From: Candidatus Omnitrophota bacterium
Lineage (GTDB): Bacteria; Omnitrophota; Omnitrophia; Omnitrophales; Aquincolibacteriaceae
NCBI GenBank assembly: GCA_035352955.1
Contig: DAOPYQ010000010.1
Span: 3,145 to 67,144, forward strand
Length of the DNA: 64,000 nt
Direction: 5' to 3'
Both the position numbers and the translations under genes were made by a program. Numbering within the stretch: position 1 is the first letter of the stretch; each line of letters opens with the position of its first letter. The notes beneath the pieces were generated by a model. That model was not told where the DNA came from and did not search any database. It saw nothing but the letters and a program-made list of their open reading frames with translations. This document shows, piece after piece, positions 1 to 9,961 of the stretch.

Positions 1-103
1 TGGTATTTGACAATCTTTTCCTCAAATCTTCAAGCGGCAGATCAATTTCGTGTTTTTTAAAGCGCCCCGGTTAATTCAATGCGCCTTTATGTTTAAAGGT
101 AGA

Positions 104-143
104 CAGTTAACTGGTTGACATAATGCGAGTTGTCATCTATTAT
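104..143 (+). promoter_or_regulatory. Near-consensus sigma70-type promoter (TTGACA 115-120, 17-nt spacer, TATTAT 138-143). It overlaps a perfect 10-bp palindrome CAGTTAACTG (104-113), a candidate MarR auto-operator.
   Basis: Hexamers and spacing read directly from the sequence. The palindrome overlaps the -35 box immediately upstream of the MarR gene. Confidence 0.4.
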
Positions 144-182
144 TCAAATAGCTTTTTTATGCGCACGGAGCACGGAGACGAA

Positions 183-704
183 ATGGACAAACGCAAAGAA
201 ATCACCATTGACCAAAGAAGGGCTTATTACTGGGGTAAGGTCCGAAAATATTGCGAGCGGTACAAGGATTTTGATTGGCCTTCAACGGAATTAATCCTGA
301 ATTTTGCTTACACTCATGATGTTCTGGTTTCCCTCAAAGCGCATGCGGAATTCAATCTATCCCCCTCAGCAATGAACATTCTGATGATTCTTAATTTTGG
401 TGACGATAGGGGGTACATGCAGCAAGAACTGAGCGGCTTGCTTTTGGTGAGTCGGGCTAATGTGACGAAGGTCATTGATGGCATGGAAAAACAAAAGTTG
501 GTATTTCGAAGTTCGTCACAAGATGATCGAAGAGCAAGATTTGTAAAGCTTACAGACGCAGGCAAGACTTTAGCGCGCCGTGTTATCCCGATTCAAAATA
601 AAAAATTCGTTCGTATTACGGCAGGCTTATCCAAGAACGAAATTAAAACTTTAAATCAATTGCTGACAAAGTTCAGCGCATGGATTGTTGAAAGTCGGTC
701 ATGA
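183..704 (+). CDS. MarR-family transcriptional regulator. The ORF track starts it at 123. I use ATG 183, which has a GGAG 8 nt upstream and lies downstream of the putative promoter.
   Basis: Winged-helix MarR signature LLVSRANVTKVIDGMEKQKLVFRSSSQDDRRARFVKLTDAGK. It sits upstream of the RND operon. Confidence 0.75.
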   Translation: MDKRKEITIDQRRAYYWGKVRKYCERYKDFDWPSTELILNFAYTHDVLVSLKAHAEFNLSPSAMNILMILNFGDDRGYMQQELSGLLLVSRANVTKVIDGMEKQKLVFRSSSQDDRRARFVKLTDAGKTLARRVIPIQNKKFVRITAGLSKNEIKTLNQLLTKFSAWIVESRS

Positions 705-705
705 A

Positions 706-1932
706 ATGAAAACAAAAGAAACTGGAGTCTCGATTTCTAATCTTTGCGCTTTGATTTTTAAGGGTGTGTCTCATTGCTTTAGCGTCACGGCTCTTTGGAA
801 ATGGCCTGTTTTGATCCTGTTTTTGGGGACCACCGTTCTCATGGGCGTGGTTTCCGGATGCAAACCGAGGGACGCAATGCCCCCTCAGGGGGCGGAAGTA
901 GCCGTGGTCACTCTGCAAACCGAGAGGTTAGCTATTACAAACGAGTTGCCTGGCCGCACGAGCGCTTTTCTTGTTGCGGAAATCCGTCCCCAGGTTAATG
1001 GGATTGTCCTGAAGCGATTTTTTACCGAAGGTTCTGACGTTAAGGCGGGTGATGAACTTTATCAGATCGATCCTGCGCCATTTCAGGCAGTGCTCGAACG
1101 TTCCGAAGCGAATCTGGTGGCCCTTCGGGCACGGGTAAGCCGCTACAAGGAAGCTCTCGCGGACAAAGCCGTGAGCCAGCAGGCTTTTGATGACGCAAAC
1201 GCCGCTCTAAAACAGGCTGAAGCGGAACTTAAAGTAGCCCGCATCAACCTTGATTACACGCATATTGTTTCACCGATCAGCGGTCGCATCGGAGCTTCCA
1301 CCGTGACGGAAGGCGGTATTGTGACGGCGTATCAGCCCGTTGCTTTGGCCACCGTTCAGCAGCTGGATCCGATTTATGTGAACGTGCCTCAGTCCGCGAA
1401 TGATCTGCTTCGTTTTCAGCGTTCTTTTAAAAACGGAATTCTCAATCGCGATAAGACACAAAAGAGCACAGTTTTGCTCATTCTGGGAGACGGTACGCCG
1501 TATGCATTCCAAGGGACGCTTCAATTTAAAGATGTGACTGTGGATCCCACCACGGGGTCTGTGATTTTGCGCACCGTTTTCCCGAATCCGGAAAACATTC
1601 TTTTGCCGGGTATGTTCGTTCGTGCCATTATTACGGAGGGCGTCATGGAACAGGCGATTCTGGTCCCCCAGCAAGGCGTTGCTCAAACCCCGAAAGGAGA
1701 ATCCGTGGCGCTGGTGGTGGGTGACGGCGAGAAGGTGGAGCAGCGGATGCTCACGTTGGATCGCGCCGTCGGTGACAAATGGCTTGTGTCGTCCGGTCTT
1801 CAGCCGGGGGACCGGGTCATTGTCGAAGGCCTTCAACGGACCAGACCCGGCGCTGTTGTGAAGGTGGTTCCGTTTGAACCGGGTCAAAAAAATGATCCTG
1901 CGTATGGCAAAAACGTTTCATCGCCGCAATGA
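706..1932 (+). CDS. RND efflux membrane-fusion (periplasmic adaptor) lipoprotein, AcrA/MexA family.
   Basis: Lipobox LMGVVSGC. Long coiled-coil and beta-barrel adaptor sequence typical of HlyD_D23/AcrA. The ATG at 706 directly follows the MarR stop. The true start may be an internal alternative start. Confidence 0.8.
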   Translation: MKTKETGVSISNLCALIFKGVSHCFSVTALWKWPVLILFLGTTVLMGVVSGCKPRDAMPPQGAEVAVVTLQTERLAITNELPGRTSAFLVAEIRPQVNGIVLKRFFTEGSDVKAGDELYQIDPAPFQAVLERSEANLVALRARVSRYKEALADKAVSQQAFDDANAALKQAEAELKVARINLDYTHIVSPISGRIGASTVTEGGIVTAYQPVALATVQQLDPIYVNVPQSANDLLRFQRSFKNGILNRDKTQKSTVLLILGDGTPYAFQGTLQFKDVTVDPTTGSVILRTVFPNPENILLPGMFVRAIITEGVMEQAILVPQQGVAQTPKGESVALVVGDGEKVEQRMLTLDRAVGDKWLVSSGLQPGDRVIVEGLQRTRPGAVVKVVPFEPGQKNDPAYGKNVSSPQ

Positions 1933-1965
1933 CCCAGTAACATGACGCATTAGACGGAATACCCC

Positions 1966-4900
1966 ATGATATCGAAATTTTTTCTTGATCGGCCGGTGTT
2001 TGCCTGGGTCATTGCCATCATCCTGATGGTGCTGGGCGTATTGGCCATCACGCAACTTCCCATTTCGCAATATCCTCCTATTGCGCCGCCCTCCATTGCT
2101 ATTACGTCTTTTTACCCGGGGGCTTCCGCCGAGACTGTGGAAAACTCCGTGACCCAGATCATCGAACAAAAAATGACCGGGTTTGAAGACCTGATCTACA
2201 TGTCAGCGAAAAGCGATTCTGCCGGCGCCTCCCGTATCGAATTGACCTTTAAAGCAGGGACCGATCCGGATCTTGCCTGGTCCAAGGTTCAAAATAAACT
2301 CCAGCTTGCCATGGCTAGCTTGCCGGAGGTGGTCCAGCGTTCAGGTGTGACGGTCAGCAAATCCACGCGGAATTATCTGATTATTGTGGGGTTGATCTCG
2401 GATGACGGCAGTATGGACGGCATCGATTTGCGGGATTACGCCCAGTCCAATCTGGAAAAGGTCCTGGCGCGCGTCCCCGGAGTCGGGGAGGTCGAGAACT
2501 TTGGTTCTCAGTATTCAATGCGTGTTTGGGTGGATGTCGACAAGCTAACGAACTATAACCTCACCGTAGCCGACGTTGTCGCGGCGCTGAAGGCTTACAA
2601 CGTAGAAGTTTCCTCCGGGCAGTTCGGCGGGCTTCCGGCCGTGGAGGGCCAGCGTCTGAACGCCTCGATCATTGTTCAGAATTTACTTCAGACTCCGGAG
2701 GAATTTGCCAACATTCCCGTCCGTAGCAATCCGGACGGAGCCGTTGTCCGGATCAAGGATGTGGGGAGAACGGAGCTTGGGACCGAGTCCTACGATGTTG
2801 AAGGTTTCCACAACGGCAGACCTTCTGCGGGGTTAGCCATCCGCCAGGCTCCCGGCGCCAATGCGCTTGATACGGCAGATGCGGTCAAGGCGAAAATGAA
2901 GGAGATGAGCCAGTATTTTCCTCATGGCATGAAGGTCGTGTATCCTTACGATACGACACCCTTTGTGAAAGTCGCCATCGATGAAGTGGTGAAGACCCTT
3001 TTTGAAGCGATCCTGCTGGTTTTCCTGATCATGTATTTATTTATGGGGAACTTTCGGGCCACGTTGATTCCGACCATTGCGGTGCCTGTGGTTCTTTTAG
3101 GGACTTTTGCAGTGTTGAGCCTTTTCGGTTTTTCCATCAACATGCTGACCATGTTCGCCATGGTGCTGGCGATCGGCCTGTTGGTGGATGACGCTATCGT
3201 GGTCGTCGAGAATGTGGAGCGGATCATGGGCGAAGAGGGACTCTCTCCGCGGGCGGCGACGGCGAAGTCCATGGAGCAGATCACGAGCGCCTTGATCGGG
3301 ATTGGGTTGGTGCTCTCGGCGGTTTTCGGGCCGATGGCGTTTTTCCCGGGTTCGACCGGTGTGATTTACCGTCAGTTTTCTGTGACCGTTATCACGTCCA
3401 TGCTGTTGTCGGTGGCGGTCGCCTTGATCCTGACGCCCGTTCTTTGCGCTTCGCTGCTGAAGCCGGTACCGAAAGGGCATGAGCCGGCGGAAAATGCGAT
3501 CTGGTTCCTGCGCCCTTTTTTTCAGTGGTTCGACAGGACTTTTTTTAAAATTCGAGACGGATATATCAAGTTGGTGGGGCATTCTTTAGCCCAAAAATTG
3601 CGCTATTTGTTCCTCTATGGGGCGATCCTGTTTCTCATTGTTTTTCTGTTCGTGCGGCTCCCGACGGGGTATCTGCCGGATGAAGACCAGGGCATCTTGC
3701 TTTCTCAGATCATTATGCCGACAGGCGCGACGCTTGAGCAGACCAAAGCCGTCGCGAATGAAGTGAAGCAGTATTTCCAGGAAAAGGAAAAAGAGACCGT
3801 TGAATCGTGCATGGTGATCGTGGGAGTGGGGTTCTCGGGCAGGTCGCAAAATAACAGCATGGTGTTTGTTAAACTGAAGGACTGGGAATTGCGTCATCGG
3901 AAGGATCAGAAGGCCAAGGCGATCGCCGGAAGGGCCATGCGGTATTTCTCGGCCAATCGCAAAGCCATGATTTTTGTTTTTCCTCCTCCGGCTGTCGTCG
4001 AACTCGGCAATGCTCAGGGTGTGGATTTCCAGCTGGTGGACCGCGGCGGCCTCGGTCACGCGGCTCTCATGAACGCCCGAAATCAGCTGTTGGGTATGGC
4101 GGCTCAGGACAAAAGGCTCGCCAGCGTTCGACCCAACGGCATGGAAGACGTGCCGCAATTTCGGGTGGATGTGGATTGGGAGAAAGCCGGCGCGTTGGGA
4201 TTGCCGATCAGTTCGATCCACAACACCATTTCGGCGGCGTTTGGTGGCACGTATGTGAACAATTTCATTCAGAACGGCCGGGTTAAACGGGTTTATGTCC
4301 AAGCGGACGCCTCATATCGCATGCTCCCCAAGGATCTGGAAAAACTTTATGTGCGCAACAATGCCGGAAAGATGACCCCCTTTGATTCGTTTGCATTGAC
4401 GCGCTGGGATTTCGGATCTCCTCAGCTAGAACGTTTCAACGGATTCTCGTCCCTGAATATTTGGGCGGAGCCGGCGGCGCATCACAGTTCCGGCGAAGCC
4501 ATGCGGGCTCTGGAAGAGATTATCTCGAAATTGCCAAAAGGATTCGGCTATGACTGGGCGGGGCTTTCTTATCAGGAACGCATGGCAACGGCCCAGGGGC
4601 CTATCCTTTATATCTTTTCCATTCTTGTGATCTTTCTTTGCGTAGCGGCACTGTATGAAAGTTGGAGCATCCCTTTTGTCAACCTGTTGATGCTTCCGCT
4701 CGGCGTGCTTGGCGCGCTCACGGCTACTTTTTTGCGGGGATTTCCTAATGATGTTTACTTCCAGATCGGATTTTTGACGACGATGGGGCTTTCGACCAAG
4801 AACGCCATTTTGATTATTCAGTTCATCAAAGAACAGATGCAACAAGGCTTGGGACTTGTCGAGGCCACCCTGGCATCGGTCAAGATCCGGTTCCGGCCCG

Positions 4901-5142
4901 TCATCATGACGTCGTTGGCGTTTTTCTTCGGCACGTTGCCTTTGGCCATCGCCACTGGTGCCGGTGCCGGTGCCATGAATGCCATCGGGACGGCCGTGAC
5001 CGGCGGAATGATCTCAGCGACATTCATCGACCTCGTTTTCATTCCGTTGTTCTTTGTTCTTATCTCGCGCCTTTTTCGCAAGCGTCAGCCGAAAATCGTC
5101 GCAGACGACGCGAAAGCTCCGGTTTTACCGGGGGGCAATTGA
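1966..5142 (+). CDS. RND multidrug efflux transporter, HAE1 family (AcrB/MexB-like), 1058 aa.
   Basis: Twelve-TM RND architecture. Conserved N-terminus MISKFFLDRPVFAWVIAIILML and the typical ~1050-aa length. Confidence 0.9.
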   Translation: MISKFFLDRPVFAWVIAIILMVLGVLAITQLPISQYPPIAPPSIAITSFYPGASAETVENSVTQIIEQKMTGFEDLIYMSAKSDSAGASRIELTFKAGTDPDLAWSKVQNKLQLAMASLPEVVQRSGVTVSKSTRNYLIIVGLISDDGSMDGIDLRDYAQSNLEKVLARVPGVGEVENFGSQYSMRVWVDVDKLTNYNLTVADVVAALKAYNVEVSSGQFGGLPAVEGQRLNASIIVQNLLQTPEEFANIPVRSNPDGAVVRIKDVGRTELGTESYDVEGFHNGRPSAGLAIRQAPGANALDTADAVKAKMKEMSQYFPHGMKVVYPYDTTPFVKVAIDEVVKTLFEAILLVFLIMYLFMGNFRATLIPTIAVPVVLLGTFAVLSLFGFSINMLTMFAMVLAIGLLVDDAIVVVENVERIMGEEGLSPRAATAKSMEQITSALIGIGLVLSAVFGPMAFFPGSTGVIYRQFSVTVITSMLLSVAVALILTPVLCASLLKPVPKGHEPAENAIWFLRPFFQWFDRTFFKIRDGYIKLVGHSLAQKLRYLFLYGAILFLIVFLFVRLPTGYLPDEDQGILLSQIIMPTGATLEQTKAVANEVKQYFQEKEKETVESCMVIVGVGFSGRSQNNSMVFVKLKDWELRHRKDQKAKAIAGRAMRYFSANRKAMIFVFPPPAVVELGNAQGVDFQLVDRGGLGHAALMNARNQLLGMAAQDKRLASVRPNGMEDVPQFRVDVDWEKAGALGLPISSIHNTISAAFGGTYVNNFIQNGRVKRVYVQADASYRMLPKDLEKLYVRNNAGKMTPFDSFALTRWDFGSPQLERFNGFSSLNIWAEPAAHHSSGEAMRALEEIISKLPKGFGYDWAGLSYQERMATAQGPILYIFSILVIFLCVAALYESWSIPFVNLLMLPLGVLGALTATFLRGFPNDVYFQIGFLTTMGLSTKNAILIIQFIKEQMQQGLGLVEATLASVKIRFRPVIMTSLAFFFGTLPLAIATGAGAGAMNAIGTAVTGGMISATFIDLVFIPLFFVLISRLFRKRQPKIVADDAKAPVLPGGN

Positions 5143-5143
5143 C

Positions 5144-6610
5144 ATGAGGCGATCATTTGTCGTGACCCTGACGCTGGTTTTGGGGTTGAGCGGCTGCACC
5201 ATGGTCCCGAAATATAAGCGGCCCGACGCTCCGGTCCCGAGCCAGTGGCCTAGCGGCGCTGCTTACCCGGTGGCGGTAATACCGCCCGAGGGCAGTCCCG
5301 AGGTTCCTCAACTGAAATGGCAGGAATTTTTCACTGATCCCAAATTAAAAAAGGTCATCGAAACGGCCCTCCAAAATAATCGGGACCTGCGGCTTGCCAC
5401 TCTGAACATGGAGAGGGTGCGCGCCCTTTACGACATTCAACGGAGTGAGTTGCTTCCCAAGGTCTATGCGGACGCGGGAGGAGGGGAACAACAAGTTTCT
5501 GCTGATTTTGTGGCGCCCGGCGTTAAAAGAACGTCTAAGACTTATGATGTTAATCTGGGAATTGTTGCTTGGGAGATCGATTTTTTCGGCCGCATCCGAA
5601 GCTTGAGCCAAAAGGCTTTGGAGGAATATCTGGGTACGGAGGCGGCCCGGAGGAGCGCGCAGATCGCGTTGGTGTCTTCCGTGGCCAGCACGTATCTGTC
5701 CTTGGCCGCGGATCGGGAGAATCTTGCTTTGTCGGAGGAGACGCTCCAAAGTCAGACATCTGCCTGCAAACTGATCGAGCGGCAGTATGACCTTGGGGTG
5801 GTGAGCAAGCTAGACTTTCAACGCGCTCAAATACCGGTGGAAGTTGCCCGACGCGACGTTGCCTTGTACAGGCAACTCGTTGCACAGAGTCAAAATGCAT
5901 TGGATCTTTTGGCGGGTTCGTCGGTTCCGGAAGATCTCTTGCCGGTTGACCTAGCTAGCATTCAACCTACTACGGATATTTTTCCCGGACTTTCTTCCGA
6001 AGTGCTTCTCAGGAGGCCGGATATTATGGTTGCGGAGCACCAGCTAAAAGGGGCCTATGCCAATATTGGAGCGGCTCGGGCTGCCTTTTTCCCTCAGATT
6101 TCACTGACGACCACGCTCGGTTCTGCCAGCAATGATCTTTCGCATTTGTTCAAGACCGGCACGGCCACTTGGCTCTACGGGGCGCAAGCGACGATGCCGA
6201 TTTTCGATGCGCGCACGTGGTTCGCTTATCGGGTGAGCAAGGCAGATCGTGAAATTGCGGTAACTCAGTATGAAAAGGCCATCCAGACGGCGTTCAGAGA
6301 AGTTGCCGATGCTCTCGCCGTCTACGGAACCGTGGGACAACAGGTGGCGGCACAGCAATCCCTGGTCGATACGGCCGCTGAGACCTACCGGCTTTCGAAT
6401 TTCCGTTATGAGAAAGGCATTGACGATTATTTGGGCGTTCTGGATGCGCAACGCTCTCTCTTTGCCGCACAGCAGGTACTGGTTTCCCTCCGGCGGGCCA
6501 AGCTTGCTAATCAGGTACGTCTTTATGTCGTGTTGGGCGGAGGCGGGGAAGATGTGGCGGAGGCTAGGACTTCTCTGACAAAACGGATTCTCCGGTTTCT
6601 TCATATCTGA
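5144..6610 (+). CDS. Outer-membrane efflux lipoprotein, NodT/OprM family (OMF).
   Basis: ATG at 5144 follows the RND stop. Lipoprotein signal LVLGLSGCTMVP. Two-repeat TolC-like sequence. Confidence 0.85.
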   Translation: MRRSFVVTLTLVLGLSGCTMVPKYKRPDAPVPSQWPSGAAYPVAVIPPEGSPEVPQLKWQEFFTDPKLKKVIETALQNNRDLRLATLNMERVRALYDIQRSELLPKVYADAGGGEQQVSADFVAPGVKRTSKTYDVNLGIVAWEIDFFGRIRSLSQKALEEYLGTEAARRSAQIALVSSVASTYLSLAADRENLALSEETLQSQTSACKLIERQYDLGVVSKLDFQRAQIPVEVARRDVALYRQLVAQSQNALDLLAGSSVPEDLLPVDLASIQPTTDIFPGLSSEVLLRRPDIMVAEHQLKGAYANIGAARAAFFPQISLTTTLGSASNDLSHLFKTGTATWLYGAQATMPIFDARTWFAYRVSKADREIAVTQYEKAIQTAFREVADALAVYGTVGQQVAAQQSLVDTAAETYRLSNFRYEKGIDDYLGVLDAQRSLFAAQQVLVSLRRAKLANQVRLYVVLGGGGEDVAEARTSLTKRILRFLHI

Positions 6611-7068
6611 TGCCGATGAAAAATTCAGAAAGGAGAGCCGCAGTGAAAGAAAAATCTTCCGATTATTTCAAGGATCCTTTCGTATGCATCAAAGCATTCA
6701 TGGTAAAAGAGCATAAGATTTTTCTTCGAAGTGGGGTTATGTTTTTCGATGGTCTTGCATTGGCAGAGTTGAACGAAACTCCTCGTTTAAAAATGTCCGA
6801 TATTGCAGAAAAGACATTTTCGACTCGCCCCGCAACAACCTTTTGCGTGAATCGTCTGATCATGAACGGTCTTGTAAAACGGTACCGCTCCCAAGAGGAT
6901 GACCGGAGGGTCGTTTGGGTAAAAATTACTCCCAAAGGTAAACGATTATTCAAATCCATCCAGAAAAAATGGGAATTATTTCGTGGGGACATTTCAGCGG
7001 GGAAGTTTCGGGAAAATGGTAATCCTTTCGTTTGTTTCTCTCCTGTCAATGACTCGTATGGGGTGTAA
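6610..7068 (+). CDS. MarR-like winged-helix regulator (divergent sequence).
   Basis: Its start overlaps the OMF stop (TGATG). The motif MSDIAEKTFSTRPATTFCVNRLIMNGLVKRYRSQEDDRRVVWVKITPKGKRLF is MarR wHTH-like. Confidence 0.55.
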   Translation: MPMKNSERRAAVKEKSSDYFKDPFVCIKAFMVKEHKIFLRSGVMFFDGLALAELNETPRLKMSDIAEKTFSTRPATTFCVNRLIMNGLVKRYRSQEDDRRVVWVKITPKGKRLFKSIQKKWELFRGDISAGKFRENGNPFVCFSPVNDSYGV

Positions 7069-7109
7069 GCGCATCCAATCTGATCTTTGTCTCCCTATGA
7101 CATAAGGAG

Positions 7110-7290
7110 ATACGATAAAAATAAATCCCAAGTTGCTGATGAACGAGCGGGTCTAGGCCTATAACCTTCGGCGCTATGATAAGTAGAGGAATTTCAAACC
7201 TCATCGCCTTGAATCCTACATCTGGAGATTTATCGATGGTTTGGTTCTGGCGTCATTTAAAAAAAGAATTCCATTGTGAACGATCCCACA
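7110..7290 (+). pseudogene. Decayed remnant of the small sigma-region-2-like gene family. The intact copy is at 62326..62763.
   Basis: Nucleotide and peptide matches: GCCTATAACCTTCGGCGCTATGA...AATTTCAAACC encodes AYNLRRYDK*RNFKP, against KTYNLRYYDVQGNFKP in the intact copy. TCCTACATCTGGA and TTAAAAAAAGA are also shared. It contains stops. Confidence 0.5.
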
Positions 7291-7863
7291 ATCATGCTAT
7301 GCCGATGGGGGAAGGCTGCCAGTTGAAGAATTTGTTAAGGCTTGATAGGGTTCCACGTCTGCCCTTACTTTTTATGTCTATCTCTGATTTCAGGCTTTCA
7401 CCAAACTCGTTAATGATATATAAGGCGACATCAAAAATGATTACTACCGCATTCTTGTAGTATCACGAGGCCATTCTGGGACTGTTGGAAGAAGCTGCCA
7501 GTAAAACGCTCCCGAAGGGATCATTGACAGCCTTCATTTTCTGCAATAACATGCATTAATGTTCATATAAGCATATATGAAGAAAGCCGTATGCATGAAT
7601 TGTAGCGTCTGAAATGTGATTTTGCGTTAGAATGCCCTCCCGAAAAATGATCGTGAAGTTGGAAAGGGGGGGACCCGCCAATTTTCAAAGCAGGCAAGCT
7701 ATCTCGGTCCTCGGCGGAGCTTTAAGCGCGTTTTTGCCCGGCGGTTTTCTAAAGTGATAAAACACAGCATGATGCGGACATGTTTTGCGTCGGCAGCTTT
7801 TTTGAAAAATGGTTCCAATTTAAAAAAAACTTTTCTTTAACTTAATTATACGAAAGAGACCTC

Positions 7864-9528
7864 ATGTTTTCCCCCAAATTAGTGACTTGTCTTAAGGACT
7901 ATTCAAAAGAGAAATTTTTCACAGATTGCATTGCGGGATTCATTGTCGGGGTGGTTGCAATTCCCCTGGCGATTGCCTTCGCCATTGCCTCAGGAGTTTC
8001 TCCCGATAGAGGTCTTTTTACGGCGATCATTGCCGGTTTTCTTGTTTCTGTGCTGGGCGGGAGTCGTGTGCAGATCGGCGGTCCGACAGGCGCTTTTGTG
8101 GTCATTGTTTACGGAGTGGTACAGAAGTATGGGATTGACGGACTTATTATTGCCACCTTGATGGCGGGCGCTCTGCTTGTGATCATGGGGTTCGCAAAAC
8201 TCGGGACGGCGATCAAATTTATTCCCCATTCAGTGATCGTGGGTTTTACGAGCGGTATTGCGGTCATTATCTTTTCATCCCAGGTTAAAGATTTCCTGGG
8301 TTTGAGTATTGATAAAGTTCCGGCCGAATTTGTGGAAAAGTGGCATATTTTTATCCAGCATCTCGGTACGGTTAATTATGCAGCGTTGATCCTAGGCCTT
8401 GTCACGGTTTTTATTATTACCATAACCCCCATGATCTCCAAGCGCGTCCCGGGCGCCCTTGTGGCTCTTATCTCAGTCACGGCTATTGCGGCATTTTTTC
8501 ATCTGCCCGTTGAGACGATCGGCAGTCGTTTCGGGGAACTGCCTCACGGGTTGCCTGTACCGCACTTTCCTCTTTTAAGCTTTTCAAGGATCCGGGAACT
8601 CTTTCAGCCGGCGGTGACGATCGCTCTTTTGGGAGCGATCGAGTCTTTGCTTTCCGCGGTTGTCGCCGACGGTATGATCGGCGCCCGACATCGTCCGAAT
8701 ACTGAGCTGATTGGACAGGGGATCGCGAACCTCGGCTCAGCTTTTTTTGGCGGCATGCCCGCGACGGGAGCAATCGCTAGAACCGTTACCAATATTAAAA
8801 ATGGCGGAAGAACGCCCATCGCCGGTATCGTTCATGCGATTACGGTCCTCCTCATTATGCTGTTTTTGGGCGGTTTGATTAAATTTGTTCCTCTGGCTTG
8901 TTTGGCCGGTATTTTGGTCGTCGTCTCCTATCATATGAGCGAGTGGCGGTCGTTTTATGATCTCTTCAAGGGGTCTAAGGGAGCTAAGATCGTCTTGGGG
9001 CTGACGTTTCTTCTCACGGTTCTTGTCGATCTCAATGTCGCCATTGAGGTCGGGGTCGTGTTGTCCGCGTTCCTCTTCATGAAACGCATGTCGGATGTCA
9101 CGGATGTTAAAGTTTTTTCCAGAGAGTATGAAGAGGATGAGAGAATGGAGAAGGGAGAGGATCGACCGTTGTCTGCCTTTGTTCTTCCTCCGAAGGTTGA
9201 GGTCTATGAAGTTAACGGCCCACTGTTCTTTGGAGCAGCTAACAGTTTTGAAGAGGTTGAACGTGAGATTCATGAAAAACCCAAAGTGCGGATCCTGCGA
9301 TTCCGGGATGTGCCTTTGATTGATTCTACGGGGATGCACGCACTTAAAAGTTTTTATAACAAGAATAAAAGGGAAGGCATCCGTCTCGTTGTGACCGGGC
9401 TACATGTGCAACCGCTCAATGAAATGGTCAAATCGAATCTTTACGATCTTGTGGGCGAGGAGAATGTTTTTGCTAGCATGAAAGAGTCGATCGCGCGCGC
9501 GGAAGAATTGTTGAAAGAAAAAAAATAA
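7864..9528 (+). CDS. SulP-family inorganic anion transporter (sulfate/bicarbonate permease) with a C-terminal STAS domain.
   Basis: N-terminus FTDCIAGFIVGVVAIPLAIAFAIASGVSP is SulP-like. The C-terminus is a STAS domain. Confidence 0.85.
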   Translation: MFSPKLVTCLKDYSKEKFFTDCIAGFIVGVVAIPLAIAFAIASGVSPDRGLFTAIIAGFLVSVLGGSRVQIGGPTGAFVVIVYGVVQKYGIDGLIIATLMAGALLVIMGFAKLGTAIKFIPHSVIVGFTSGIAVIIFSSQVKDFLGLSIDKVPAEFVEKWHIFIQHLGTVNYAALILGLVTVFIITITPMISKRVPGALVALISVTAIAAFFHLPVETIGSRFGELPHGLPVPHFPLLSFSRIRELFQPAVTIALLGAIESLLSAVVADGMIGARHRPNTELIGQGIANLGSAFFGGMPATGAIARTVTNIKNGGRTPIAGIVHAITVLLIMLFLGGLIKFVPLACLAGILVVVSYHMSEWRSFYDLFKGSKGAKIVLGLTFLLTVLVDLNVAIEVGVVLSAFLFMKRMSDVTDVKVFSREYEEDERMEKGEDRPLSAFVLPPKVEVYEVNGPLFFGAANSFEEVEREIHEKPKVRILRFRDVPLIDSTGMHALKSFYNKNKREGIRLVVTGLHVQPLNEMVKSNLYDLVGEENVFASMKESIARAEELLKEKK

Positions 9529-9557
9529 ATTCACCTCAATTTTGCGAGGAAGGGTTT

Positions 9558-9893
9558 ATGAAAAAAATAGACAGCATGGTGTTCAAGATCAAAGCGGATT
9601 TTTTAAAAGCTTTGGCGCATCCGGCCCGTCTCCAGGTCGTGGAATATCTTAAGGGCGGAGAGGCCAGCGTGGGAAAGCTTGTCGCGGCGTTGGGGGTCGA
9701 ACAGTCCAGTTTGTCGCGGCATTTAGCCACCCTTCGGGATCTCGGAGTGCTGGAGGCTCGCCAGGAAAAGACAAATGTTTATTACGCTTTGCATGATCAT
9801 GATATTTTTAAGGTGTTGAAGCCGATCGCCGAGCTTCTCCGGAAAAAATTAAGAAAAAGCGAAAAGATGCTGGAGAGTCTTGGTGAGGATTAA
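9558..9893 (+). CDS. ArsR/SmtB-family metalloregulatory transcriptional repressor.
   Basis: LKALAHPARLQVVEYLKGGEASVGKLVAALGVEQSSLSRHLATLRDLGVL is a canonical ArsR HTH. Confidence 0.85.
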   Translation: MKKIDSMVFKIKADFLKALAHPARLQVVEYLKGGEASVGKLVAALGVEQSSLSRHLATLRDLGVLEARQEKTNVYYALHDHDIFKVLKPIAELLRKKLRKSEKMLESLGED

Positions 9894-9961
9894 GGATTGT
9901 TCGATAAGACGAAATAGTTTTTAGTCATCTTTTTTCGCGTTTTTCTAAGGCTGGAAAGAAT

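Noticed and set aside
795-1887. Alternative-frame ORFs inside the MFP gene (795..998 +, 1270..1887 -, 1622..1861 +).
   Set aside because: They overlap a well-supported AcrA-family CDS and their translations are low-complexity and Arg-rich.
2946-5081. Minus-strand ORFs within the RND pump gene (2946..3284, 3097..3582, 3586..4302, 4426..4845, 4818..5081).
   Set aside because: Antisense to a highly conserved AcrB-like protein, with no motifs.
7176-7460. 94-aa ORF in the 0.8-kb low-GC spacer upstream of sulP.
   Set aside because: No RBS and no family resemblance. The region instead matches a decayed fragment of the sigma-like gene in another frame, so it is most likely non-coding debris.
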